From an uncultured Candidatus Saccharibacteria bacterium (GTDB lineage: Bacteria; Patescibacteriota; Saccharimonadia; Saccharimonadales; Saccharimonadaceae), in the NCBI GenBank assembly GCA_964633435.1, contig CAZWHA010000003.1, positions 18,819 to 82,818 of the forward strand: a stretch of 64,000 bases of DNA, given 5' to 3'. The notes below the pieces were generated by a model, which was given only the letters and a program-made list of their open reading frames with translations, was not told the origin of the DNA and did not search any database. The stretch's first letter is position 1; the number at the start of each line of letters is the position of its first letter. Both the position numbers and the translations under genes were made by a program. Shown piece after piece: positions 1 through 9,763 of this stretch.

Positions 1-46
1 CTCGAGCTCAACGACTGCGCGATGAAGAATAAGATATAATGGTCGT

Positions 47-876
47 ATGAACATCACCAAAGCTATCATTCCTGTCGCAGGTTGGGGTACGCGCATGCTA
101 CCCATTACTAAATCAATTGAAAAGAGTATGTTGCCAATTGGCAATCGTCCCGTGATCGATTTTGTGGTACAGGACGTGCTAAAGGCTGGCATTAAGGATA
201 TCTATTTTGTAGTAGGTGAGCAGAGTACTCAATTGCAGAGTTACTATCGCAGCAATATTCCACTCAATGATTATTTGCGGCGGGTTGGCAAGACCGACAT
301 GTTAGACCTAGTTCGACCGCTTCAGGGCGTCAATATCCATTTCCTCACACAGTCTAGTACGGGGGGGGTTATGGCACCAGTGTCCCGGTAGGGGTTGCTA
401 GTGAATTTATTGCAGAGGACGAGTCGGCTATAGTGATCATGGGCGACCAATTCTTTTACCGGACCGATGATGGCTCCAATGCGGCTGATTTGATCGAATT
501 TGTATCGTCGCGGAATTTGACTGCCGGATTATACGGCGTCCAGATGCCGATTGACAATATCGACAGCAGTATTGAGGTTGATGCGGATGGTAATTATGTC
601 AGAATCGTCGAAAAGCCCAAACCGGGCGAAGCTCCAACCGACCTGCAGAACGCTAGTTTCTATCTCTTTGACAAGGATATATTCGAGTTGGCTCGCACGT
701 TACCGGTCAATCCCGCTCGTGGCGAATACGAGGTCACTGACGCTATCAATGCCTATGTTGCCAGCGGCAAAAAACTCGCCGTTGGGACTGTCAGCGGTCA
801 GTATATGGAGTGTGGCAGTGTTGCGGGCTGGTTGCGTGCCAACCAGGTCGTTGGCGCGGACTTGCTAAAACCCTAA
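47..876 (+). pseudogene. galU: UTP--glucose-1-phosphate uridylyltransferase-type sugar nucleotidyltransferase, split by a frameshift at a G8 tract
   Basis: ORFs 47..391 and 433..876 are the N- and C-halves of one NTP-transferase (N-term IPVAGWGTRMLPITKSIEKSMLP; C-half VEKPKPGEAP...YEVTDAI). Adding one G to the run at 361..368 reads through as TGGGYGTSVPVGVASEFIAEDESAIVIMGDQ. Confidence 0.8.
361..368 (+). repeat. poly-G tract, G8, inside galU, out of frame (G9 would restore the frame)
   Basis: Counted directly: c360, g361-g368, t369. Confidence 0.95.
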
Positions 877-918
877 ATCTCTGCTACAATTAGACGGTTA
901 ATTTAACTAAAGGAACAG

Positions 919-1224
919 ATGAAAGCAGTCATTCAAGTCGGCGGCAAACAACAGATTGTCGCTGAAAAAGAGACCCTTTTGGTGGACAAGCTACCAGAGG
1001 ACCAGAAAGAGCTCACGTTTGATGCACTGTTGACTTTCGATGATAAAAAAACGACAGTCGGCACGCCAACCGTGAAAGATGTGAAGGTGAAAGCCAAAGT
1101 GGTTGAGCCGCTCGTCAAAGGCGATAAAGTTATCGCGATTCGCTACAAGAGTAAAAAGCGTGTCAATAAAAAGCGCGGTCATCGTCAGGAATATTCTCGC
1201 GTTGAGATCACGTCGATCAAATAA
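919..1224 (+). CDS. rplU: 50S ribosomal protein L21
   Basis: MKAVIQVGGKQ...VKGDKVIAIRYKSKKRVNKKRGHRQ, the typical L21 N-terminus and GHRQ C-terminal motif; 101 aa. Confidence 0.9.
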   Translation: MKAVIQVGGKQQIVAEKETLLVDKLPEDQKELTFDALLTFDDKKTTVGTPTVKDVKVKAKVVEPLVKGDKVIAIRYKSKKRVNKKRGHRQEYSRVEITSIK

Positions 1225-1282
1225 CACGGTTATGCATAGAAAATCGTTCCAAATGGGACGATTTTTTGTTATAATGAGGGGA

Positions 1283-2092
1283 ATGAGTGAGGGTAAATCA
1301 GCCGTGATTATAACGGTCACGAATCAAAAAGGCGGTGTTGGTAAAACGACGACCGCAGTTAATCTGGCATATTCGTTGGCCAAGGATCACAAAGCCGGGG
1401 TGCTGCTGATCGATTTTGATCCGCAAGGCAATGCGACCAGTGGCCTCGGAATTGACAAATCGCAGCTAAAGTCAGTGACTAACGCAGATGGCGTACCAAC
1501 TATTCTCGACGCGATCACGGGTGAGCGACCGCTTGCCGAAGTTGTCCAGCCGACTAATTTTAAACGATTGTCGGTGGCACCAGCGACACCGCAACTGGCC
1601 GATGCTGAGTCAGGCCTTGCCAAGGCCGAACGTCGTTTTGTGCGCCTGCGTGATGCGATTAAGCCGGTTTCTGGTGACTATGACTTTATTATTATTGATT
1701 CGCCACCGTCTCTCAGCTTGTTGACTGTTAATGCGCTGATTGCAGCAGGCCATGTGTTACTGCCGGTTCAAGCAGAGTTTTATGCGCTAGAGGGTTTGGG
1801 TCAACTACTTGAAACTATGCAATTAGTGCGCAAAGGTCTGAATCCAACACTCGAACTGCTGGGTGTGCTCGTCACTATGATGGATTCACGAACGACGCTA
1901 TCCGGTCAGGTGTACGAGGAGGTCGCGAAACATTTCCCAGGCAAAGTCATGAATACTAAAATTCCGCGCAATGTCCGCCTTGCCGAAGCGCCGTCGCATG
2001 GCTTGCCGGTCGGTGCCTATGATCGATTTAGTAAAGGTTCGCGTGCCTACAAGGCCGCAGCCGAGGAAATTGTAAAACGACTAGGCAAATAG
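1283..2092 (+). CDS. parA: chromosome partitioning ATPase ParA/Soj
   Basis: Deviant Walker A NQKGGVGKTTTAVNLA, then LLIDFDPQGNAT and IIIDSPPS. The track ORF start (1103) overlaps rplU, so I use ATG 1283 (or 1274), just after a TATAAT-like box. Confidence 0.88.
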   Translation: MSEGKSAVIITVTNQKGGVGKTTTAVNLAYSLAKDHKAGVLLIDFDPQGNATSGLGIDKSQLKSVTNADGVPTILDAITGERPLAEVVQPTNFKRLSVAPATPQLADAESGLAKAERRFVRLRDAIKPVSGDYDFIIIDSPPSLSLLTVNALIAAGHVLLPVQAEFYALEGLGQLLETMQLVRKGLNPTLELLGVLVTMMDSRTTLSGQVYEEVAKHFPGKVMNTKIPRNVRLAEAPSHGLPVGAYDRFSKGSRAYKAAAEEIVKRLGK

Positions 2093-2169
2093 CGATCTTG
2101 CAGCGCTTCTAGTATATCTCAACAGCAAAAAACACTTAGCCGGAGTGGTTTTGTGGTATAATCGTCGTT

Positions 2170-3069
2170 ATGGTTAAACGAGGGCTAGGAAAAGGATTTG
2201 AAGCGTTAATTCCGACTGACTTGGTCGAGGAGAGTTTTGATCCAACCGCAGCTGAGGATGAAAAGATTTCGGATCTGCGGGTGTTGCCAGTTAAAGACAT
2301 TACGCCGGATCCTAATCAGCCGAGGCGGCATTTCGAAGAGGAGGCACTGCAAGCGCTAGCAGATTCAATTCGCGAGCACGGCGTGTTGCAGCCGATCGTT
2401 GTTGTGCCAAAGCAGGGCGGTTATGAAATTGTGGCTGGCGAACGACGCTGGCGAGCAGCCAAACTGGCCGATCAAACGAAAATCCCTGCCATTATTCGTA
2501 CACTCGGGGCACAACACAAACTCGAACTCAGCATTATCGAAAATGTGCAGCGAACTGATTTGAATCCGCTCGAAACAGCGACGGCATACCTGAAATTGAA
2601 AAACCAGTTCAATATGACTGATACCGAAATCGCTAAACGGGTTGGTAAAGCCCTTAGCACCATTTCTAATCAGATGCGTTTACTCGGGCTGCCGGACTAT
2701 GCCAAGGAAGTCCTGATTCAGGGTGGTATGACTGAGGGTCACGCCAGGCAAATTCTAGCACTGCCGGATGACAAGGCTAAACTGCAGTTATTCGATAATA
2801 TTGTGCGGGATGGTTGGACGGTCCGTAAATGTGAACAGTTCGTCATTGGATACAAAAAGGGTATGAAAGAATCTTCAATAGCGGCGCGGAGCGGTTCGGC
2901 GCACAAGGCGACCTTGACTGAAACTGATGTTACCAAGGCGATTGCTGCTAGAGTGGGATTGAAATCCTCGGCAATCACACAGAAGACAACGGCTCATGGT
3001 GGCGCTATCATTATTAAATTTGCTGACGATACCGAACTAGCACAGATCAAGCGATTGCTCGGTAAATAG
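2170..3069 (+). CDS. parB: chromosome partitioning protein ParB/Spo0J
   Basis: LGKGFEALIP N-terminus, NQPRRHF, GERRWRAAKLA ParB box and an HTH region; lies directly downstream of parA. Confidence 0.9.
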   Translation: MVKRGLGKGFEALIPTDLVEESFDPTAAEDEKISDLRVLPVKDITPDPNQPRRHFEEEALQALADSIREHGVLQPIVVVPKQGGYEIVAGERRWRAAKLADQTKIPAIIRTLGAQHKLELSIIENVQRTDLNPLETATAYLKLKNQFNMTDTEIAKRVGKALSTISNQMRLLGLPDYAKEVLIQGGMTEGHARQILALPDDKAKLQLFDNIVRDGWTVRKCEQFVIGYKKGMKESSIAARSGSAHKATLTETDVTKAIAARVGLKSSAITQKTTAHGGAIIIKFADDTELAQIKRLLGK

Positions 3070-3087
3070 CTAGCAAAGCCCTGCAGA

Positions 3088-3900
3088 CTAAAATGTCGTA
3101 ATATGATCGAATGGCCAGATACGTAGTGTGACTGGCCCGACGATGTTTTCGAGCGGTATCGTGCCGAGGTTGGCGCGATTATCGCCATTACGGCTATCCA
3201 TCGAATAACTACCAACACGATGATCACCGACGACGAAAATCTCGTCATCTGGAACGGTGACGTTAGTGCCGTCACCATCGACACAGTCATTGTAAGTGCT
3301 ATCGTCACTCGCTAGATTGTGAAAGGTAGGATAGGGATCAAAACCATCAGGATGATCATCGTTATAAACCTTTAGCACACAATTATTGACGGTAACACGC
3401 TCACCTGGCAAACCAATAACGCGTTTGACGACGTATTCATCATCTTCGCCGCGGATCCACTTTGGATTCTGAAAGACAATAATTTGACCACGAGCGGGAA
3501 TGTACTGATTGCCAGTGATCTTGGCCAGCGTAACCGGTACACGGTTAACGATCAAACGATCATTTGGCTCGTCGTTGACGCCGCCTTCGAGTGTTGGTTC
3601 CATGCTGGGCCCGACCACGTTAAAACTGCGAAAAATAAAGGTATTGATCAGGTAGGCGCCAATGACCACGACCAGCACAAAACCAGCTAGGCCAAATAGG
3701 TCACGCAGCCAGGACGGACCTTTCTTGGCGGCGGGTTGTGGCGTCTCGATCTTAGTGGCGGAAAGTGGCTGATCAGCGATATGTTGCGATGTGGCTGGCT
3801 TTACCGGCGCCGCCGGCTGACTGGGCGGCAGGGGTAGATTATTATAGAAATTATTGGTCTGGCGACCGTCACCACTCGGCTTGTTCGGTTCTGGATTCAT
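3088..3900 (-). CDS. lepB: signal peptidase I
   Basis: N-terminal TM segment, catalytic GPSMEPTL, VKRVIGLPGE, and GDHRVGSYSMDSR (GDN-x-S-x-DSR box). Confidence 0.85.
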   Translation of the reverse strand: MNPEPNKPSGDGRQTNNFYNNLPLPPSQPAAPVKPATSQHIADQPLSATKIETPQPAAKKGPSWLRDLFGLAGFVLVVVIGAYLINTFIFRSFNVVGPSMEPTLEGGVNDEPNDRLIVNRVPVTLAKITGNQYIPARGQIIVFQNPKWIRGEDDEYVVKRVIGLPGERVTVNNCVLKVYNDDHPDGFDPYPTFHNLASDDSTYNDCVDGDGTNVTVPDDEIFVVGDHRVGSYSMDSRNGDNRANLGTIPLENIVGPVTLRIWPFDHITTF

Positions 3901-3970
3901 CGTATACAGTTTACGCTAATAGATCCGAAAAGTCCACTCGGCCAGATGTGTGCTATAATTGTTGCCAGTT

Positions 3971-4750
3971 ATGGTGGAATTGATAAAGTCGTCCCATCGC
4001 AAGTCGATACTCGCTAGCACGCTGCATGCCTTTTTCTATGTAGCCTATGCAGTAGTAGTATTGCTGTTGCTCATCGTGTTTCCAACCGCACCATGGGCTG
4101 CATTGGCTCTCGTTATAGTATCAAAATGGCGTGTCGTAGCGGTGAGACCGCGCTATTGGTGGGCGAACATCTTGTCAAATTTGCCCGATACACTGTTTGG
4201 ACTCGGTATTGTCACGCTGATGTGGGTGAGCGGTACATTATCGTTACAGATCTTGTTAACGATCGTTCATATCGCGTGGCTCGTGGTGCTAAAGCCGCAG
4301 CATAAACGGGATATGGTGATGGTTCAGGCTGGCGTGTCGCAGTTCGTGGCGCTGTGGGCGTTATTTACGGTCGGTCATATTATGCCGGTCGTTCTGGTCG
4401 TTGTTTTAACTTTTGTTATTGGTTTTAGCTCAGCCAGGCATGCCTTGTCGGCTCATGATGAAGTTGATCGGGGACTGCTGGCGCTCGTCTGGGGATTTTT
4501 AGTGGCACAACTTGGCTTTATGGCATGGCACTGGACCATCGCTTATTCGATAACACCAACGCTCAAAGTCCCGCAGGTGGCGATCATTATCGCGGCGGTA
4601 GCCATGCTGGCCGAGCGCGGCTACGCCGCCTGGCGCGACGACGGTGTGATCACCTGGGAGGAAATGAAATGGCCCACGATATTTGTCGGTTTAGTGCTAG
4701 CCATCCTCCTCTTGGCGTTTAGCGGACTATGGGATGCCTCGACATTGTGA
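3971..4750 (+). CDS. multi-pass membrane protein, function unknown
   Basis: Several long hydrophobic segments. ATG 3971 lies 12 nt after TATAAT 3954..3959; the track start 3959 is TTG. Confidence 0.55.
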   Translation: MVELIKSSHRKSILASTLHAFFYVAYAVVVLLLLIVFPTAPWAALALVIVSKWRVVAVRPRYWWANILSNLPDTLFGLGIVTLMWVSGTLSLQILLTIVHIAWLVVLKPQHKRDMVMVQAGVSQFVALWALFTVGHIMPVVLVVVLTFVIGFSSARHALSAHDEVDRGLLALVWGFLVAQLGFMAWHWTIAYSITPTLKVPQVAIIIAAVAMLAERGYAAWRDDGVITWEEMKWPTIFVGLVLAILLLAFSGLWDASTL

Positions 4751-4780
4751 TAACCGATATGCTAAAATAGATCTCATCGT

Positions 4781-6571
4781 ATGAAGAAAAGTCAATCGAT
4801 TGATGGTTTTGTGTTGCGCAGTAATTCCGGCGAGCGGCCGACTATTGATGGCAGTCCTAAACGACGTCGAGTCTACCTAGATGGTGGCAACATTACTGTC
4901 CAACTGCCAGCTAAACAGCAAAGTAAAAGAGTCGTTGACGATGCGCCGCAGCTCCGTCGTACCACTGGATATCATTCCGGTGCAGTTATGGGTGAAGAGG
5001 TTGAGTTGGATCAGGAAATCGCTAGTTCGTTATCGAATTTGCCAGAACTAGCTGATCGAAAGGGCCGATCAAGGGTTAAAAACCTGCAATCAACCTATGA
5101 ACCGAGCTCGAAAAAGGATAAAAAAACCAAGCGGCGCAAGGATAAAATAGCACTAGCGAAACCTGGGCGACGTAAACTGATCAGGCGCCTCATTATCTGG
5201 ACTGTTGTCGGCGGACTGTTGGCGATCATTGGATTTATGGTGCTGCGAGCTCTCGGTAGTGTCAGCAATATTTTTGAAGGTAACCCACTGGATGCCTTTA
5301 CGTCAACGACACCACTCGACGAGGACAAGAACGGTCGGACAAATATCCTAATTCTGGGAACCGCTGATGACGAAAAGGGCCATGATGGCGGAAATTTGAC
5401 TGATTCGATTATGATTATGTCGATTGACCAGGATAATTACGATGCTTATATGATTTCGATCCCGCGTGATCTGTGGGTTGACTATGGTCAAGCCTGTCCG
5501 TCGGGTTACAAAGGCAAGATCAATGCTGCCTATAGCTGTTTTGGTGGCGCAACGGGCGATGTAGCCAAGGACAAAGCTGCGCTAAAGAAGTCTATCATAT
5601 TCTATTCCAACATCACCGGCATTGATATTCAATATGCTACCAATGTTAATTATACGGTGTTCCGTGACGTGGTAAACGCCATCGGTGGCAGTATCACGGT
5701 AACTATCGAGTCACGCGATCCTAGAGGCATCCTGGACGGGGCGTTTGACGGGGCCTGCGGTACTACGACGGCACAGCGGATAAAGAACTGCCCACCGAAC
5801 GGACATGCCTTGCAGCTGCCCAATGGCGAGCAAACGCTTGATGCCGAACACGCTCTTTACCTGGTCCTGGCACGCGGCAATACCTCACCGACCTATGGAC
5901 TGGAACAGAGTAACTTTGACCGCGAAAAGAACCAGCAGCTCGTTATCAAGGGGATTATTGATAAAGCCAATAGTAACGGATCGTTTACCAATGTTTCGAC
6001 GGTGATGTCGCTGATCACTAGCATGGGTACGAATTTACGGACAACCTTTGAAACTGGCAATATTAAAACGTTGATTAATATCGTCAAGAACTTTAAATCT
6101 GAGGACATGCAGACAGTTAGCTTGGTTGATGCCGAGCCGGCGCTGCTGACTACTAGCATGGTTAATGGCCAAAGTGTGGTGGTGCCGGTCGCGGGAACCT
6201 TTAATTATACTGCTATTCAAAAATACCTAGCCAAAAAACTATCGAGCGATCCCGTCGCTAGCGAAGAGCCCACGGTGTATGTTTATAACGGCGGCGCTGC
6301 CAGCGGTTCGGCGTCGGCTATCACCGAAAAATTGACTGACAAGGGCTATACGGCAACGACCAAGGGTAATGTCGATGATGTCGATGCCAAATATAAACTC
6401 TACGATTTAACTGATGGTAAAAAATCGCGTAGCGCGGCCGCTCTGAAAAAATTGTTCGGCGTCGAAGCGGGAAAAGTATCGGACAAAAGTACATTACCCT
6501 CAGGTGTTGATAGTGGTGCGGACTTTATCCTGGTCGTTGGCAGTCAATATATCAGTGAGTCGAGCGACTAA
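4781..6571 (+). CDS. LytR-CpsA-Psr (LCP) family cell-envelope phosphotransferase with a LytR_C-like C-terminal domain
   Basis: Basic N-terminus plus a TM, then NILILGTADDEKGHDGGNLTDSIMIMSIDQD...ISIPRDLWV (LCP core). C-terminal VYVYNGGAASGSASAITEKL resembles LytR_C. Confidence 0.85.
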   Translation: MKKSQSIDGFVLRSNSGERPTIDGSPKRRRVYLDGGNITVQLPAKQQSKRVVDDAPQLRRTTGYHSGAVMGEEVELDQEIASSLSNLPELADRKGRSRVKNLQSTYEPSSKKDKKTKRRKDKIALAKPGRRKLIRRLIIWTVVGGLLAIIGFMVLRALGSVSNIFEGNPLDAFTSTTPLDEDKNGRTNILILGTADDEKGHDGGNLTDSIMIMSIDQDNYDAYMISIPRDLWVDYGQACPSGYKGKINAAYSCFGGATGDVAKDKAALKKSIIFYSNITGIDIQYATNVNYTVFRDVVNAIGGSITVTIESRDPRGILDGAFDGACGTTTAQRIKNCPPNGHALQLPNGEQTLDAEHALYLVLARGNTSPTYGLEQSNFDREKNQQLVIKGIIDKANSNGSFTNVSTVMSLITSMGTNLRTTFETGNIKTLINIVKNFKSEDMQTVSLVDAEPALLTTSMVNGQSVVVPVAGTFNYTAIQKYLAKKLSSDPVASEEPTVYVYNGGAASGSASAITEKLTDKGYTATTKGNVDDVDAKYKLYDLTDGKKSRSAAALKKLFGVEAGKVSDKSTLPSGVDSGADFILVVGSQYISESSD

Positions 6572-7368
6572 AGCTTTTTGAGCGCCAGCAAAAATGGTCC
6601 GGTGTCAGTTACTGAATAGCCGTGATGTTCAGCAAAAGCCACCGTTTCGCTGAGCTGCCTAGTGTCGAGCTCTAATAGCAGCGTACCGCCGATCGGCAAA
6701 TGTTTGGTAGCTTGAAGCATGAGTCGTTTGATGAGTGCTAGGCCGTGGTCATCAGCGAATAGAGCGAGCGCTGGCTCGAACCGGGTTTCAGGCGAGGCGG
6801 GCCAATCTGGATCGACATAGGGCAGGTTTGCAACGATCACGTCAAATTTTCCAGAAACACTATTCAGTAGGTCGGACTGTGTCAGCGTCATGACGGCGCT
6901 CAAGCTGTCGGCATTTTTTTTGGCTATAGTGATTGCACTAGCTGAAATATCAGTTGCCGTGACCTGGGATTTTGCTAATTCCAGTGCCAGTGTAATAGCG
7001 ATCGCGCCGCTTCCGGTACCAACCTCCAGAATGGTGGCGTCCGAGGCAACACTTCGCAGGACGAATTCAATCAACTGTTCGGTTTCGGGGCGGGGAATCA
7101 GTACGTCTGGTGTCACGGCAAATTCGCGTCCATAGAACTCTTTGTGGCCAACAATATAAGCCAGCGGCTCTCGTTTTAATCGCCGGGCTACCAGCTGTTC
7201 AAATCTCTGCCGCGTCGCATCATCCAACATCTCTTCGCTATGAGCATGTAAATAAGACCTTTCTACGCCCACAGCCTGCGCCATTAGCAGCTCGGCATCG
7301 AGACGAGCTGATGTGATACCGACGTCGGCGAAGCATTGCTCAGTTTTTCGTAACAGTGTACTCTGCAT
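6568..7368 (-). CDS. prmC: release factor glutamine methyltransferase
   Basis: SAM motif ILEVGTGSGAIAI and the VANLPYV (NPPY-type) motif; lies directly downstream of prfA on the minus strand. Confidence 0.85.
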   Translation of the reverse strand: MQSTLLRKTEQCFADVGITSARLDAELLMAQAVGVERSYLHAHSEEMLDDATRQRFEQLVARRLKREPLAYIVGHKEFYGREFAVTPDVLIPRPETEQLIEFVLRSVASDATILEVGTGSGAIAITLALELAKSQVTATDISASAITIAKKNADSLSAVMTLTQSDLLNSVSGKFDVIVANLPYVDPDWPASPETRFEPALALFADDHGLALIKRLMLQATKHLPIGGTLLLELDTRQLSETVAFAEHHGYSVTDTGPFLLALKKL

Positions 7369-7412
7369 AGATACATCATATTATATCCTAATCTTTCAAA
7401 ATTGCCCTTGAC

Positions 7413-8468
7413 TCAGACTTTTAGTTCGCGCTCGCGGATTTGGAGATGGTCAATAATATCATCAATGTCGCCGTTCATGGCCTGCGGGATGCCGCTGCGG
7501 CTGTAACCGATACGGTGATCAGTGATCCGATCCTGCGGGAAATTATACGTGCGAATTTTTTCCGACCGGTCACCTGAACCGATCAATTCGCGACGTTCAG
7601 CAGTTAACTTGGCGTTTTCTTCGTCAATTTTCATCTGGAGCAGGCGGGAGCGCAGTACGCCGAGGGCTTTTTCCTTGTTTTTAATCTGGGATTTTTCGTC
7701 CTGGTTAGTCACGACAATGCCAGTTGGCAGGTGAGTGATGCGTACAGCCGAGTCGGTCGTGTTCACGCTCTGACCACCATGGCCACCAGCGCGAAAGACA
7801 TCAATCCGCAGGTCGCTCGGGTCGATCTGAACGTCAGTTTCCTCGGCTTCGGGCAGCACCGCAACAGTCACGGTACTAGTGTGGATTCGACCTTGGCTCT
7901 CGGTGGTAGGCACCCGCTGGACCCGGTGCACGCCAGATTCAAATTTCAGCGTAGCATAGGGCTGGTCGCCTTTGACTTTGAAAATAACTTCTTTGTAGCC
8001 GCCAGCATCATTCATATTCTCGCTGAGCAGTTCCGTTTTTAGGGCATGATTTTCGGCGTAGCGTAAATACATACGGTAAAGTTCAGCGGCAAACAGGGAA
8101 GCCTCGTCGCCACCCGCACCAGCGCGGATTTCGACAATCACGTTTTTGTCATCGTTAGGATCACGCGGTGTCAGCATGTCGACCAGCTCGGTCTCGAGAG
8201 TGCTGATTTGCGTTTCCAGCTCCGGGATTTCGTCGCGGGCCAGCTCGGCTAATTCATCGCTACCGCTGGCGAGTTCTTGGGCTTCGCCGAGCTGTTTTTT
8301 GGCGGTTTGCAGCGCATCATATTTCCCAATCAGGGTATCTAGCTCGTTCAGTCGGCGAGTTTTAGTGGCAAAGTTCGGATCAGCAAACGCATCAGGCTGC
8401 GCCAAAAAATCAGTCAGGGACTGTTTCTCGGCTGCTAAATTAGCAGGGTTTAACTGAATCTTTGGCAT
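7413..8468 (-). CDS. prfA: peptide chain release factor 1
   Basis: GGQ motif ([25 protein letters not shown]) and an RF1-type P-x-T tripeptide ([14 protein letters not shown]). Confidence 0.95.
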   Translation of the reverse strand: MPKIQLNPANLAAEKQSLTDFLAQPDAFADPNFATKTRRLNELDTLIGKYDALQTAKKQLGEAQELASGSDELAELARDEIPELETQISTLETELVDMLTPRDPNDDKNVIVEIRAGAGGDEASLFAAELYRMYLRYAENHALKTELLSENMNDAGGYKEVIFKVKGDQPYATLKFESGVHRVQRVPTTESQGRIHTSTVTVAVLPEAEETDVQIDPSDLRIDVFRAGGHGGQSVNTTDSAVRITHLPTGIVVTNQDEKSQIKNKEKALGVLRSRLLQMKIDEENAKLTAERRELIGSGDRSEKIRTYNFPQDRITDHRIGYSRSGIPQAMNGDIDDIIDHLQIRERELKV

Positions 8469-8535
8469 AGCTATAACTAGTATAACAGGATAGTATCGAC
8501 GAAACCAGAGGTCTACTCAATTCGTTATTGCAACA

Positions 8536-8564
8536 TTGCATTTTAATCAATTTTATGCTATAAT
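8536..8564 (+). promoter_or_regulatory. sigma70-like promoter TTGCAT-17-TATAAT, 6 nt before ATG 8571; copy 1 of a duplicated promoter cassette
   Basis: TTGCAT 8536..8541 and TATAAT 8559..8564. The 25-mer attttaatcaattttatgctataat (8540..8564) recurs identically at 48730..48754. Confidence 0.7.
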
Positions 8565-8570
8565 GAAAAG

Positions 8571-9341
8571 ATGGGTAGCTTCAACTTTGGCAAATTACAT
8601 CTTGGTTCTAGAAACTCCAAACAGGTTGAACCAGTTTCTAATAATGTATCGCAGCCCCGTGTCATTGGGAGGGGAGAGGCTGGCGATATCTATGAGATTG
8701 CTGGAACCTACGATGGCTACGAAATCGATCACGCTATTCTGACGGAACCGCAGTTCGTCGATTATTCCTATGATCTAAACTGGCGTTCTGATCCAGAGGC
8801 TCGAGCGCTCGTTGAGCAGCGATATGATCAGCTGACAGCGTGGGAGAGTGATCATGGACCTTTGCCGCCGCTTCCTGTCGAGCCGAAAACTGAGCCACGA
8901 AATACAGACTATTTGCGCGTCGTTCACGAAGAATATAATCGCAAGATAGAGCGGATACGCCAAGAGTGGTTTGACCGCTATTTCTTACCTCGGGTTACAT
9001 CGCTTGACCCAGAGGATTACGAATTGTTCCTGCGCGAAAAGATTCAGCAGGTAGAGGATTTTCGAGGTTGGGATCAACGGGATCTTGATACTGCTGTGGT
9101 AGCTATGATACGGGACGTGGAAAGATTTCCGGATGATTACTACCAGGTTATTGCCGATCTAGAGATGGTGCCACTCCATGGGGCTGGCTCGGTAACACTG
9201 CTCGTACCTGTTGGTGTGAAAGTGATTGAGGACAATCTCGGCCATAGCAAAGTCCTGCGATCGGCGGATGTTACGGCTCATGACGGAGCGTATGAAGAGC
9301 TGCGGCGAATTCTTGGCTTACAACGACATGATCAGCGCTAA
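8571..9341 (+). CDS. hypothetical protein (acidic, no TM segment)
   Basis: Long ORF with its own promoter and a downstream bidirectional terminator; I recognise no family. Confidence 0.6.
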   Translation: MGSFNFGKLHLGSRNSKQVEPVSNNVSQPRVIGRGEAGDIYEIAGTYDGYEIDHAILTEPQFVDYSYDLNWRSDPEARALVEQRYDQLTAWESDHGPLPPLPVEPKTEPRNTDYLRVVHEEYNRKIERIRQEWFDRYFLPRVTSLDPEDYELFLREKIQQVEDFRGWDQRDLDTAVVAMIRDVERFPDDYYQVIADLEMVPLHGAGSVTLLVPVGVKVIEDNLGHSKVLRSADVTAHDGAYEELRRILGLQRHDQR

Positions 9342-9343
9342 CT

Positions 9344-9373
9344 AAAATACCTGCTTTCTCTAGCAGGTATTTT
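9344..9373. terminator. bidirectional intrinsic terminator between the convergent hypothetical gene and rpmE
   Basis: Perfect 12 bp inverted repeat aaaatacctgct / agcaggtatttt with A/T runs on both sides. Confidence 0.75.
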
Positions 9374-9392
9374 GTGACGACATAGATAGAAA

Positions 9393-9716
9393 CTATTTCG
9401 CAGCGTCGGCTTTTTTGCTCTTGGCGGCAGCTGGCTTGGTTTTCTTGGCCAGGGCGGCTTTGTGGGCCTCGGCAGCCTTGAGGCGAGCAGCAAAGCGATC
9501 GACACGACCTTCGGTGTCGATGATCTTTTCCTCGCCGGTAAAGAACGGGTGGCTGGCGCTCGAGATGTGAATCTTTACCAGCGGGTATTCGTTGCCGTCT
9601 TCCCACTTGATAGTTTCAGTGGTCGGTGCCGTTGATTTCGTCAGGAAAGAGAACTTGGCAGCCTCGTCCATGAATACAACCAAACGGTAGTCTGTGGGGT
9701 GTAAACTCTTTTTCAT
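9393..9716 (-). CDS. rpmE: 50S ribosomal protein L31 (no CxxC zinc motif, Lys/Ala-rich tail)
   Basis: MKKSLHP...[20 protein letters not shown] is the L31 signature. Confidence 0.9.
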   Translation of the reverse strand: MKKSLHPTDYRLVVFMDEAAKFSFLTKSTAPTTETIKWEDGNEYPLVKIHISSASHPFFTGEEKIIDTEGRVDRFAARLKAAEAHKAALAKKTKPAAAKSKKADAAK

Positions 9717-9763
9717 ACCGGTCTATTATACAGAAGTTTCCCTAAAAGTCAAAGGCACACCTG

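Noticed and set aside
551-868. Alternative-frame ORF (105 aa) inside the galU C-terminal half. The same applies to the many antisense or off-frame track ORFs embedded in well-supported genes (for example 933..1118, 991..1320, 7522..8457, 12415..12819, 16759..17415, 17817..18263, 53377..53844, 54246..54836, 62800..63273).
   Set aside because: They overlap genes with clear family signatures, have skewed low-complexity composition (Ser/Arg/Leu-rich), and lack their own start signals. This is typical shadow-ORF behaviour.
1103-1282. N-terminal extension of the ParA ORF overlapping rplU.
   Set aside because: The extension is out of family and overlaps the L21 coding region. Walker A appears right after ATG 1283, which follows a TATAAT-like box.
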